From Octopus bimaculoides (Eukaryota): a stretch of 64,000 nucleotides of DNA. Positions 1-11,700 of the stretch are shown here, in pieces. The translations under genes and the position numbers were made by a program. The stretch covers positions 19,866,461-19,930,460 of the forward strand of contig NC_069003.1 of NCBI RefSeq assembly GCF_001194135.2. Reading direction: 5' to 3'. Positions within the stretch are counted from its first letter, which is position 1; each line of letters starts with the position of its first letter. Below the pieces are notes generated by a model, which did no database searches, had not been told where the DNA came from, and worked only from the letters and a program-made list of their open reading frames with translations.

Positions 1-819
1 TACGTCTTATGGTTTCTTTTTTTTTGAATTTTTGTTTACATAAGTATAGCCAGTGATGGAAATAGGAGGGGACACATGGGATATTTTTTTTATATGTCTG
101 ATATGATATAATATAAATGTGGGCCATTGACAAAATTTCTTGAGTCTGAGAAAGATGGTTCTGCAATTTCTTGCTGAACAACCTGCACAGATGATTTGTT
201 TACAGTGATCAACTCTATGTGCTGTACATTAGCTCACTCCCTCCATCATATTGACATTACTTGTACAAGTACACAGTGTGCTACACATCACATGTCAAAG
301 TTATTGCAGAGCAAGTGAGATGAAGTGTTTTGTTCAAGACCACATGCCCTCACTAAATAGGAAATGAAAAAAAAAAAAAACTAGAATTTTCACACCTGAA
401 ACATCTCTGATCAAAGGTCAGCTTCATCAATGATGATTTGGAGCTGAACAACAACCACCATCAGATTACTGCAGGCAACATTTAACTGAAAGAGTACTTA
501 TTCCTAACAGTTAATGAAATAGAAGCACATAGTATGAAGTACTCATTCTTCTCAGAGACAATGAATTCTTTAGGGAATTTAAAGTTGGTAAACGAACACT
601 TCAGCAACTCAGCCTTTCTATCTCCATAAGCTAATGAAGGCAAATTTTAAATTTAGAACAGTGAATCAATACATAATTATGATAATTGTGTTGGCTATAG
701 TAATAAAGAAAATGTGTACACAGTATGATTCTGCAAGTTAATTAGTAGCACTCTGGAAACTAAAATGAAGTCATAACTTTGGAAAATATTTTCTATTCAC
801 CTACAGTCCCAGCATAGAA

Positions 820-850
<31 letters not shown>

Positions 851-1797
851 CACACACAATGTTAATCTTAAATAAAATTGCAAAATTCTGAAATTTCAAT
901 ACATTCTTACAGAAAGTAATATTTCAAATTATAATTATTTCAGAAACTAAAATATGAAAAACAAAAAAAAAAGAATATTTGAAAAATTCACTTAAAATTT
1001 TTTCTAGTTCTTTCATTTTACTCAAAGAAAGATTTTAAATGCTATTTTTCTTTAAATTTGTTTCACAAACCTTTCCAATTTATAATTTTTTTAAAAAATC
1101 TCATTCCATAAGGGATCTAAGTTAAAAATGTTTTTTCTACTTTCCATTTATTGACACATTAAAAAAGGAAAAAAAAAAATCAAGAAAAAAATAATTTCTA
1201 ACAAAAAGAATAATGGTAACATATGGTATAAAATATTTAACAAAATTGGTCTTTCTTCAAAATTATATCTGAACAGAACTATATATAACATGATAAATTC
1301 TATAAAATATATTACTCAGCAGCAATATTATCAAGTTTAAAAGAAAAAGACAATATTTACTGTGATGTCATAGATGAAAAAGTCTCTAAATTCAATTAGT
1401 CTTTTCTAATCTTCATTTAGTTCCCATATATCATTCAGAACTGCACAAGTTGGTGTCTCCTGCATTATTTATTTACTAGTTTTATAATTTCCACAACCAT
1501 AATCTAAATTATCATGTCACTCATCTCAAGTTCAGCAGTTACTTCACACTGAAGACATCTTTCTAAATGGAAAACCCACCTACCTATCTCTTAAACCATA
1601 AGCGAGTTAAACTAATAAGACAGAGAGTCTCTAGTGGTCTTTCAAATAGCTAGAATTAGCAGCTGAGTCACCCTCAAACTGAACCCTACCATCTTAAACA
1701 AATCAGAAGGCTATTTTAGACAAGATAGTCTTAGATATACAAAAAAGACAGTCACAAGTGAAATGGATTTTGATCGTAGATTCATTAGTAGAATAAG

Positions 1798-2124
1798 CAG
1801 TGGTTTTCAACCAGGGTCTATATGACCTCAAGGGGTCCATATAAAATGGAGGGGGAGGTGTCCATGCAAGCAATATAGTATATTGGGGATTCACAGTAGT
1901 ATATTAAAGGTCCATGAAAAAGTTTTGAATTAAATTTATTGCAAGAAAAAGCTAAATTTCTTTCTCAAATATTTTACATAGTTCAACCCACAAAAGTTAA
2001 AAATTGGAATTTTGCAAGTAACTTTTTAAATTTTTTAAAGTTTCAAACATCATATGGCCACGGGGATCCACCACAGTAGAATAGTAATCAAAAGGGTCCA
2101 CAGATGAAAAATTGAGAACCACTG
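1798..2124. mobile_element. hAT-type (Charlie-like) MITE, 327 bp
   Basis: Terminal inverted repeats CAGTGGTTTTCAA (1798) and TTGAGAACCACTG (ends 2124) match the CAGTGGTTCTCAA termini typical of hAT/Charlie elements. The interior is non-coding. The 8-bp flanks (agaataag / ttttagag) do not match, so a TSD is not confirmed. Confidence 0.75.
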
Positions 2125-2615
2125 TTTTAGAGAATCATATAAAAAATAACTTGTGTTTATTTTTGGCTCTTTATTTTAAGTTGAAATCTTAAGGTCAATT
2201 TTGCTTTTGATCCTTCAAAGGAGGAAGGGTTCAATAAAATAAAACACTAGTCAAGAACTAGGAGTGTCTCCCATGGTTGTTAAAGCTAAAAACTACAGCC
2301 AAGAATCTTGAATAAATCTTCTCAATCTTACTTGGTGCTTTAATAGCAATGTCCAACATTCCAAGAAATATCAGCTTGGAAAATTCCACAAAAATCACGT
2401 ATTGAATAAGGATTAGTGATGTGTATGTCGTTATGCCCAATGCAAGTTTGAGATAAATTGTTTAATTGGAGATGACTTTTGATAGTAAGCAAAAACCAGA
2501 AAAAAACATATTATAAGCTATAACATAGCAGCTGAATACCCCAATCAGAACAGAAATAGCTCTACGATGGCTACTAAACTATGTGTTCAGACTTCTTTTT
2601 TTAATAACTAAATCA

Positions 2616-2736
2616 GGTGTAGCTGTCTTATAAGAAGTTTGCTTCTCAACCGCATGATTCCAGGTTCAGTTTCACTGACTGGTTCCTTGGGAAAGTGTCT
2701 TCTATTGTAGCCTTAAGTTAACCAAAGCCTTGTGGT
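2616..2736 (+). mobile_element. SINE family A head fragment
   Basis: ggtgtagctgtc...aagaagtttgcttctcaaccgcatgattccaggttcagt...ccttgggaaagtgtcttctattgtagcc...ccaaagccttgtgg; the same motif series recurs in many copies in this window (e.g. 48077, 34085). Confidence 0.75.
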
Positions 2737-3056
2737 ATTGGCTATAGCCTAGTCACCCATATAGTTAACCAGGTGATACATGAAGGAGTCATACCCAATG
2801 ACCAGTGTAGCAGCACCATAGTCAACTGACCAGATAAGCAATCATCAGCGGTGTGATGATGGTTTAGCTGGCCAAAACTCCGAAGTTACTGTCAACAACA
2901 TTCTTGTTTAAGAATAATAAATATGTACTCTATAAAAATATAGAGTAACCGATCAGATTTATATTTTTATTCTTTTACTGGTTTCAGCTAGAGGCTGGAG
3001 CCATATTATTTTTATTAAAACTGAACATAAAAATAAACATTAATATATATATATAT

Positions 3057-3165
3057 ATCATCATCATCATCATCATCGTTTAATGTCCACTTTCCATGCT
3101 AGCGTGGGTTGGATGATTTCACTGAGGACTGGTGAACCAGATGGCTACACCAGGCTCCAATCTAC
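3057..3165 (-). mobile_element. RTE-like LINE/SINE 3' tail ending in (GAT)n
   Basis: (cat)n-cgtttaatgtccactttccatgctagcgtgggttggatg; reverse complement of the tail seen at 47190-47290 and 61250-61385. Confidence 0.7.
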
Positions 3166-5115
3166 CCATATACATATATATATATACACACACACAGATT
3201 CACAAACTTATCCACCCACTCTTCTGTTCCTCTTATTCTCTTTATACCCTTACCATCTCTCTCTCTCTCTCTCTTTCCAGCTAAGGAAGCCATGAAACAC
3301 CTCTCCAGCAAGGCACCTGTTCCTGTCACCTTATACTCCAACTCAGTTGAAGGGTCATCTCTTACAAGTTACTTGATGTCCTCACTTTTGACCATACTAC
3401 AACTATCCAAAAAATAATAATTAAAAAAAAAGGCCGGACACATTGGACAATGTTTTCAGACTAACCACGTCTAGGATTACAAAGACAGAATGGTCATCAT
3501 TGTAGAGTTTTTGATTAAAAGTCCATCTACTATATAATGATTCACCTAAGGCTAAACAACAACAACAACAATAGCAGTAGTAAAGACCTTCCATTTTCAT
3601 GCTACACTCACCTAACCATAACGATAGGAACTCACTCTCCCTTTGTAGCCAGCCAGCCAGCCAGCCAGCCAACCAATCAACTGAACAGCCATAATATTCT
3701 GCACCTATCATTAATTGACCACAACCCATTTCCCATTTCATACTGACAACTAGAATTCACTCTACTTTGTGACCTACTACAGTTTTAAAAGGATAGGATC
3801 GATAAATTTACTATGTTTCTGAAAGGTCTGCTTAACGACCGACCTAGGAGTGCAGAATCATAACACCACCACCACCATCAACAACAACAACAACGTAAAT
3901 AACAACAATGGATATCGTTATCTTTTCATCATCTATTGATAAGTAGCAATGTAATCTAGTATATTATTTTCTAGAATCAATTTATGGGGGAGGGCAACAA
4001 AACACCAGCTTTTGTTGTTGTTGTTGTCAAGCTGGAGCAACTTACTATTACTCTTAAGGTATTACAATTCTTTAAAATGAGAAGTTAAGGATACAACAAA
4101 ATACATTAAAAACATAAACAAAGGAAATGTTTGTTTAAAAAAAATCAATATGAAAACGCTGAATGTATGTATCCAACTTCTCAAGTTCTATTCTTCTGAA
4201 AAAAAAAGATTGTAAATATGTTATTTTATGTCTTTTTTTTCATCTTTCCTTATTTATATATTTTTAATGCATGTGTGTGTGTGTCTTACATTTACATTAT
4301 ATATGTGTTTATACATTGTATACTTATCAAGTATATACTAATTCATTATTAACAGCCATTATTCTGTTTGCTCCAGTTCACCTTGCAAGCAACAAGTTCT
4401 ATTCTTATTCAATGTTCCAGTGGTTAACAGCAATAAGGATAACCATCCAAGTTAAAAATGATTTTTTAACACAGGCAGCAGATGTCAAACTTTTGTGAGG
4501 AAAGGGCAGTGAATTATGTCAACACCGGTTCTTAACTGGCACTTCACTTTACTGACACTGAGAGTATGAAAGGCAAACTCACATCTGGCTGGATGTGATC
4601 TCAACTAAATAAAATCATTTTGTCTGACACTACTAATTTAAGCAACAAATTAACAGAGTTGTCAGAACATCACATAGAACATCACATGGTATTTCTTCTG
4701 ACACTTGGTGCTCTGAGTTCAAATCTCACCCAAGTCAACCTTCCATTGCTTTAATTTTGAGGTCAACAAAAAAGTATCAATTTAAAGTAGAACTATAACA
4801 ATATCAGACTGGATGCCTTGTAGTACTTGTTATAGTTCTTAACATGGTGAATTCATTCAAATCCCACCATGGCCTATCTGGGTAGCAGACAACCCAACAC
4901 ATAGGTTTATCACAAACAGCTGGTACCCTAGGTGCCTTTAGCAGGATCCACCACACTGTTGCAAGCACTTGGGCCCATTTTCAGTTTGAGGATACCTTCT
5001 TCTCTCTATCCCACTCATCTCAGTTACCCTGTGAAGGGACTTGGCCACTGTCTACCCTTCTGAATAAAAAGTGAAACAAAATACTTTGTCAAACTTTTGC
5101 CCTTACACCAATCAC

Positions 5116-5117
5116 CA

Positions 5118-5164
<47 letters not shown>

Positions 5165-5191
5165 ATCATCGCCACCGCCGCCACCACCACC

Positions 5192-5225
<34 letters not shown>

Positions 5226-5232
5226 TCATCAT
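5116..5232. repeat. Compound microsatellite (CATCGT)n-(CAC/CGC)n-(CAT)n
   Basis: Read directly from the sequence; source of the poly-His and poly-Asp/Gly ORFs. Confidence 0.95.
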
Positions 5233-5552
5233 TTAGTGTCCATCTTTTCCATGCTTGCATGAGTTAGACAGAATTTGTCGAGGTAGATTTTCTGTAACAG
5301 AATGCCTCTCCGGTCACAAACCCTCACCTATTTCCAAACAAGGTAATATTTCTCTATGGCCAGACATGTTACCATGGAATTCAGGAAAAGACCAACACCA
5401 CGTGCATGACAGTGATGCTCAATTACAACCATCACATAATATCAAGACAAGGGTACACACAAACACACACATTTACCCAAGGTGTCATGCAATGAGACTG
5501 AACCCAAGACCATATGGTTGGGAAATGAGCTTCTTAACCACACAGCTACACC
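5221..5552 (-). mobile_element. SINE family A2 (A head plus RTE-like tail)
   Basis: Tail ttttccatgcttgcatg...gaggtagattttct...aaggtaatatt, a (CA)n linker, then an A-type head (cccaaggtgtc...actgaacc...accatatggttgggaa...cttcttaaccacacagc), all in reverse orientation. Confidence 0.8.
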
Positions 5553-5574
5553 TGCACCTAATATTGATTTCAAG

Positions 5575-5778
5575 TTTTGGTACAAGACCAGCAATTTTGG
5601 AGGGAAGAGGTAAGTAGGTTACATCAATCCCAGTGTTCAATCCATTAATACTTATTTTATCAACCTCTGAAAGGATGAAAGGCAAAGTTGACCTCAGCCA
5701 TCTGAACTCAGAATGTACAGTTGGAAGAAATGCTGCTAAGCAATTTTCTCAGTGTGGTAACAATTCTGCTAACTCACT
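5575..5778 (-). mobile_element. SINE family B, decayed copy
   Basis: Contains tacttattttatcaacctctgaaaggatgaaaggcaaagttgacctcagc...tgaactcagaa...gctaagca, the reverse complement of the family B core. Confidence 0.75.
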
Positions 5779-5810
5779 GCTTTGTCTGCACCTGATATTA
5801 AAATTAACAA

Positions 5811-6066
5811 GGTGGCAAGCTGGCAGAAACATTAGCACGGAAAGCGGTGAGTTGGCAGAAACGTTAGCACACTGGGCGAAATGCTTAGCAATATTTCATC
5901 TGTCTTTATGTTCTGAGTTCAAATTCCTCTGAGATCGACTTTGCCTTTCATCCTATCGGGGTCGATGAATTAAGTACCAGTTGCATACTGGAGTTGATCT
6001 AATCGACTAGCCCCCTCCCCCAAAATTTCATGTCTGGTGCGGTGCCTAGAGTAGGAAAGAATATTA
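5811..6066 (+). mobile_element. SINE family B (tRNA-derived head; head segment duplicated)
   Basis: The A-box-like TGGCAGAAACGTTAG occurs twice (5821 variant and 5853), followed by the B-box GAGTTCAAATTCC and core gactttgcctttcatcctatcggggtcgat. Confidence 0.85.
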
Positions 6067-6074
6067 AAATTAAC

Positions 6075-6410
6075 AGAAATAAGACTAACACTCAGGAGCA
6101 AAAGTGAGCTAAGAGAGACTGTGTAGTAGAGAAGACTGTGTAGTAGAGAAGACTGTGTAGTAGAGAAGACTGTACAGTAGAGAAGACTGTGTAGTAGAGA
6201 AGACTGTGTAGTAGAGAAGACTGTGTAGTAGAGAAGACTGTATACAATGTTAGGAAGGACATGTGTTGTGTATGGAAGAGGATTGTTGTATACAGAAGGG
6301 TTTAAGGTATTCAAATGGAAGCAGTGTGCAAAAAAGGAAGACCAAAAGAAACGGTAAGGGCTAATCTGAAGAAGCTAAACCTTCTAAAAGAGATGACAAG
6401 GGACTGCAAC
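6075..6410 (+). mobile_element. RTE-like LINE 3' coding remnant containing a minisatellite
   Basis: ggacatgtgttgtgtatggaagaggattgttgtatacagaag (~6256) aligns with ggacatgtgatatgtatggatgaggacagctgtataaagaag (~60310), followed by an aggaagacc (GRP-like) segment. Confidence 0.6.
6116..6241. repeat. 17-bp minisatellite (AGACTGTGTAGTAGAGA) x ~7.4
   Basis: Seven full copies plus a partial one, counted by eye; the fourth copy is the variant agactgtacagtagaga. Confidence 0.95.
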
Positions 6411-6791
6411 AAGCAAATTTTTTTTTTGATAAATTAATACAATGTATTGTTATATATATCTGAAGTAAATTTTCAATTTTTCAAGTTATAAGCTTATTTG
6501 AGGAAATAGATATTCTGTTCAATTGCGTCAGTGACACTGGAGATTGAGTAACAAACCCATCCAACACATACCCACAAAAAGGCTAATAATCAACTGAAGC
6601 TTTCTGAGTGAATTTGGTAGGCAGACATATCCATGGTGTGTGTACATGTGTAAGTGCTTGTGCCTCTTAACAGAGAGGAGGGGGGGGGGGGAAATATACA
6701 TTGAGACCCAACAATAAGTAAATATCCAAATTTCAAAACCAACATTATCCATGCAAGCAAGTCTAAATAACTGTTAAGCAGCAAAAACACA

Positions 6792-6792
<1 letters not shown>

Positions 6793-6858
<66 letters not shown>

Positions 6859-7067
6859 GTTTCAAATTTTGGCACAAGGCCAGCAATTTCAGGGAATGGG
6901 CTAAGTTGATTACTTCAACTTCAGTGCTCAACTGGTACTTATTTTCTGGACCCCGAGAGAATGGAAGACTAAGTCAACCTCAGAAGAATTTGAACTCAGA
7001 ATGTAAAGACAGACAAAATGATGATGATGATGATGATGATGATGATAAAAATAATAAAGAAAATGTT

Positions 7068-7120
<53 letters not shown>
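6793..7120. repeat. Cluster of (AAT)n, (GAT)n and (GTA)n microsatellites around a family B SINE fragment (minus strand, ~6860-7015)
   Basis: Read directly; the B core motifs tggtacttatttt and aatttgaactcagaa lie between the repeats. Confidence 0.85.
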
Positions 7121-7301
7121 TTAAAAAAAAATCAAATGAAGTTTCAGATCATGACAATTCCTTGAGGTAATAGTCCTGTTGTAATTTAACAGTTTCTTAT
7201 ATTGCTAATTCCATTTTTAAAAATGCTTTAGTTAAAAACTGTTTTATCTCCTTTTTTCAATCTACACATGAATCAGATGATTTTGGAAAACAAAAAATAT
7301 A

Positions 7302-8178
7302 TTGGGTCATCCCATAAAAAATGTCTTTTTATACTTCTTTTTATTTTTCAAAATTAAAATAAACAAAGTTCTTTTTTAATCTAAAATATACTCTCCTTCA
7401 TTTTCTACAATGCTCTTCCATCTATCTGGCAGACTTGCAAGGCCCCTCTTCCAAATTTCACTTGTCCATGATGAAAAATACTCCTCCAATACTGTTCTGA
7501 CCTTGTCTATAGAATTCATTTTGAAGACTGCAGAACAAATGATAATCAGATGGGGTAATGTCCAGCGAATATCATGGGTGGGGTATCGTTTTCCATTCAA
7601 ACTGCTCCAGTCTTTGGAATGTCATCCTTGCTGTATGTGGCTGAGCATTATCCTGATGGAAGAACACCCTTTGTCTTGAAACCAAAGATAGTCGTTTTCT
7701 GAAGGCACACAGGTGTCGATGAATGGTTCAATGACCAAATCCAAGCTTCTCTGCTAGTTCCTCAACAGTTACAATGGGATTTTGTTTCAGCAGGGTTTGC
7801 ATGACATCCTTGTCAAGTTCTACAGATCTTCCAGGATGAGGCTCATCTTTTAGGCTGTAGTTTCCAGCTTGGAATTTCTGGATAAATTGACACTGGCTTA
7901 TACTTATTGTCTGATCCCCATATACTACATTAATATTCTTCGCACTTGTTGCCTTCATTGAACTCATAAAGCAAAATATGCTCCTTTGTTACTTTCATTA
8001 TAGCTTTAAAAAATAACTTAAAATCGAACTGCACTCTTCAAAACTTGCACTAAGATTAAGGACAAGTTAAAATTACCACCTGCTTTTATAGCAAGTTGAT
8101 GCAGATAGTTTGTCCCGGCTCCCTCCAACTTTTAGCTCATGCAATTGAAAAAGCTGCATTATTTATGAGATGACCCAA
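7302..8178 (-). mobile_element. Mariner DNA transposon, internally deleted, with both TIRs and TA target duplication
   Basis: TA|ttgggtcatcccataa ... ttatgagatgacccaa|TA. Minus-strand translation gives the HTH region (GNYSLKDEPHPGRS..VTVEELAEKLG), FHQDNAQPHTA, YSLDITPSDYHL and the C-terminal RWKSIVENEGEYILD; stops are present. Confidence 0.93.
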
Positions 8179-8199
8179 TATATTAAAAACTATGTGCAT

Positions 8200-8238
<39 letters not shown>

Positions 8239-8609
8239 CAGAGTGTTCAGGTTAAATTTGATTGTTATGTCTTTTTTTTTTCAGGAACAGCTTCATGTAT
8301 TGAAGAGTCAATGGCCATCTTCTAATGACAACAACATTCTGGAGGTATATGCCACTAGATTTACTTCTTATACTTCAGAGTTTATAAACTGTAGAGTTTA
8401 TAAAAAATATGAGAGAAAGAAAATAGAATTCACAAGACTCTTCAGAACCACTACAATCATTTTGACTCAATTGTTTGTATAGTATTTCACTTGTAAGGTG
8501 CAATTGCAGTGATTCTGAATAAAGAGTCTCGTGAATTCCATTTACTTTCTTTCATACTCTGTGTGTGTGTATGTGTGTGCGTGTGCATGCACGCATGTAT
8601 GACAATTAT

Positions 8610-8985
8610 TATCATTTAACATATTTTCCATGCTGGCATGAGTTGGACAGTTTGATTGGAGCTGGCAAGCCAGAGAGCTACACAAGGTTTCAGTTGTCTG
8701 TTCTGGTATGGTTTCTATGGTTGGATGCCTTTCCTAATACCAACCACTTAACAGAGTGTATTAGGTGCTTTTTACATGGTGCAAGCACTGGTGTTTTTTA
8801 CATAGCCTCAGCAAGGTCACCAAGGAACTTAATCGAGAGGAGTGGAACCAAGGGAAGTGGTGAGAAGGTAGAGTATAATAGAGGGACAGAGATAGTTGTC
8901 TTACTATAGGGGAGATACTTGGTTACCCCAGTAGGACAAGGAAGGAGAAGGAAGATGGGAGAGATTTAGGGAGAAAGATAGAAAG

Positions 8986-9036
<51 letters not shown>

Positions 9037-9165
9037 GAAAGAAATAGATGTAGTTGGAGATATATTGGGGTCAGTCCATAGGGAACAGTGGAGGGTAGAG
9101 TATAAGTAATACAGAGGGGATAGATGGAAACTGTGCAGAAGCTCTGATCACAATATATATATAAT
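8610..9165 (-). mobile_element. RTE-like 3' tail plus purine-skewed UTR-like segment
   Basis: catttaacatattttccatgctggcatgagttggacag...ggatgcctttcctaatacc...acagagtgta...gtgctttttacatgg, then a GA-rich tract; same layout as 58625-59060. Confidence 0.65.
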
Positions 9166-10499
9166 TGATACAATGAACAAAAATAGCTTGTAATTTGTTC
9201 TGACATGGTTATAATCTTTGTGTTTTTTATTCATTTCTAAGGTCAGTAAAATAAGTATCAAATAAAGTATTTTGGCTCATATAATAGACTATAAACCTTT
9301 CCAGGCTGTGCCCCAGCATGACCATAGTCCACTGACTAAAACCAGTGAAAGAACTTCAAATTGTAAGCAGGATAAATATGTTTTACTATCAGACATCTCT
9401 GTATGCTTTTATAAAACATAAATAATCTTCAGATAGTAAGGTGTGTTTTCCAGAAAATGTATTTGTGTGTGCCTGTGAATGAGGTTTTATATACACAAAC
9501 ACACGTTTTTGTAGGATAATGTATTCCTGAAGAAGTCCCTTACAATATGGTATATGCTCTTTACATGGTAGCACTTTTTCAGATAGGAATTTGTCTAATT
9601 AATTTTGTTTTCTGCACAAAGATGGACATTTTGATGTTTCCTATCAGTGTGACCTAGTAATAATTTCTCAAGATTCTAATTTCTACTGGATGTTTCCAGC
9701 CTATGGAAAATATATAAATATTTTCTTATCTTAACAAGTAAAACTAAGCAAGTTTAAAAATAGATTCCACTCATACATGATTCAGTGGTGAAATGTTAAG
9801 AACAGCATTCAACCATAAAAAAAAAACACATGCTCTACTAATTTATATTAACAGAAGGCACTAAAGAATTATTCCAAACCAGACATATATAAAAATAAGA
9901 AAAAGCATTAGAAATTGATTAACAAGCCATAAATTTATGAATAAATAAGTATATGGAGTCACATCCATCATCATCTTTATTTTACATTAGTTTTCCATAC
10001 TGTCATGGGTTGGAGAGATCAAGAATGGTTTAAGTTCTTATTCAGAATTATTACCCTCAGAGGACCATGTAGTCAGACCAAAGGGCTTTTGGTAACTTGG
10101 AACAATGTTGGAATTGTTATGATGCATCAACAATTGTTTACCTTCCACTTCAAAGAAGCTACAAAAGGCAGTCATAGAGAGCTTATGCCAGCATGGGAAA
10201 GGAATGTTTGATGATGATGATGATGATGATGCAATTCTGAGTTTTCCTTACATAAGGTCATAAGAGTCAAATCATAAAAGTACAAAGTTTATGATCTGGT
10301 ATTACTTGCAATAGTTCTAATATATGTAAACTACCTATCTAACTGGACAGAGTCAATCAGACTATATATATCAGGTTAATCTTATGAAAAAACAATTGGT
10401 CCTAGAAGGCCTGCAAAGGTTATGGGCACTGCCTCTTTCTCCAGACTCAACAAGAAAAAAAGGGTACTACTTTTCTTTCCTGACTAAATGAGAGAGATA

Positions 10500-10536
<37 letters not shown>

Positions 10537-10895
10537 CAATCATTTAATCCAACTGAATGAAATATCAGAAAAATCTTCAAATGACACTCTAGTGTCTTAC
10601 ATAAAAAGCAATACACAGAACATTATAATCTCTCATGTGCTAAAAGACAGGCTAAATATCAATAAGACCTACAGGAAATAAAAATCTTCAGTCATGCTTT
10701 AATGGTTCAATGAAGTATTCAAGACCCGCACATTACACTTCATAGTCAGAAAGGCAAGATATAAGAAGATAGGTTAAGAATGTGAGTGTAAAAGTTTCAA
10801 ATTGAATAAAACTTTATTCAACCTTCAGTTACACATGTCACACAAGTATATCACCCACCTCTCTAGAAATGGATAGTAGTATAACAAGCATCCTT

Positions 10896-11128
10896 CTTAT
10901 TTCTTTATTGCCCACAAGGGGCTAAACATAGAGGGGACAAACAAGGACAGACAAAGTGATTAAGTTGATTACATCGACCCCAGTGCATAACTGGTGTTTA
11001 ATTTATCGACCCCGATAGGATGAAAGGCAAAGTCGACCTCGGTGGAATTTGATGTCAGAAAGTAACAGCAGACAAAATACCACTAAGCATTTCGTCCGGC
11101 GTGCTAACGTTTCTGCCAGCTCGCCACC
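10896..11128 (-). mobile_element. SINE family B, near full length, young (CpGs retained)
   Basis: cttatttctttattgcccacaaggggctaaacatagagggg...atcgaccccgataggatgaaaggcaaagtcgacctcgg...gtgctaacgtttctgccagctcgccacc. Confidence 0.9.
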
Positions 11129-11365
11129 ATCCTTCTTGCTAACCTCTCAGTGAAATGCCACATTGAAGGATATTTGGTTGCTATTTCTAGCACATTAAGC
11201 AATCCTGCAGAAACTCCTTTTTTGGCATGGCTTGATCCTATACCTTGAGCAAATATATCATAGAGGAGTGGGAACTCAGTTTTATGAGTTACAAGTAACC
11301 TCACTAGTGCTGGCACGGTGATAAAATGATGCACCCAGTACACTGTAAAGTAATTGCTAGAGAGT

Positions 11366-11700
11366 GAAGGCACATGGCTCAGTGGTTAGAGTGTCGAGCA
11401 TACAACCATGAGGTTGTGAGTTCAAATCCCAGACCGGGCTGCATGTTGTGTTCTTGAGCAAGACACTTTATTTGATGTTGTTCCAGTTCACTCAGTGCTG
11501 TAGAAATGAGTTGCGACGTCACAGGTGCCAAGCTGTATCAGCCTTTGCCTTTCCCTTCGATGACATCAGTGGCGTTGAGAGGGGAGGCTGGTATGCATGG
11601 GCGACTGCTGGTCTTCCGTAAACAACCTTGCCTGGGCTTGTGCCTCAGAAGGTAACTTTCTAGGTGCAATCCCATGGTCATTCATGACCGAAGGGGGTCT
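11366..11700 (+). mobile_element. SINE family C, full length, tRNA-derived
   Basis: A-box TGGCTCAGTGG and B-box GAGTTCAAATCC, followed by ttcttgagcaagacacttta; ends gaccgaagggggtct. No CCA or acceptor-stem closure. Confidence 0.85.

Noticed and set aside
5024-5262. Poly-His and poly-Asp/Gly ORFs
   Set aside because: Products of the compound CAT/CGT/CAC microsatellite at a SINE tail.
6116-6241. Regularly spaced repeats as a possible CRISPR array (also the 49-bp repeat at 26164)
   Set aside because: Units are contiguous with no unique spacers, the context is eukaryotic and there are no cas genes.
8236-8560. Possible Tc1/mariner end TA|cagagtgttcaggttaaatttg
   Set aside because: No matching inverted terminus or coding remnant was found nearby.
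11366-11445. tRNA-like sequences (also 32431, 22920-22980, 5846)
   Set aside because: A and B boxes are present, but no complete cloverleaf closes and each continues into a multi-copy SINE body; these are SINE heads, not tRNA genes.
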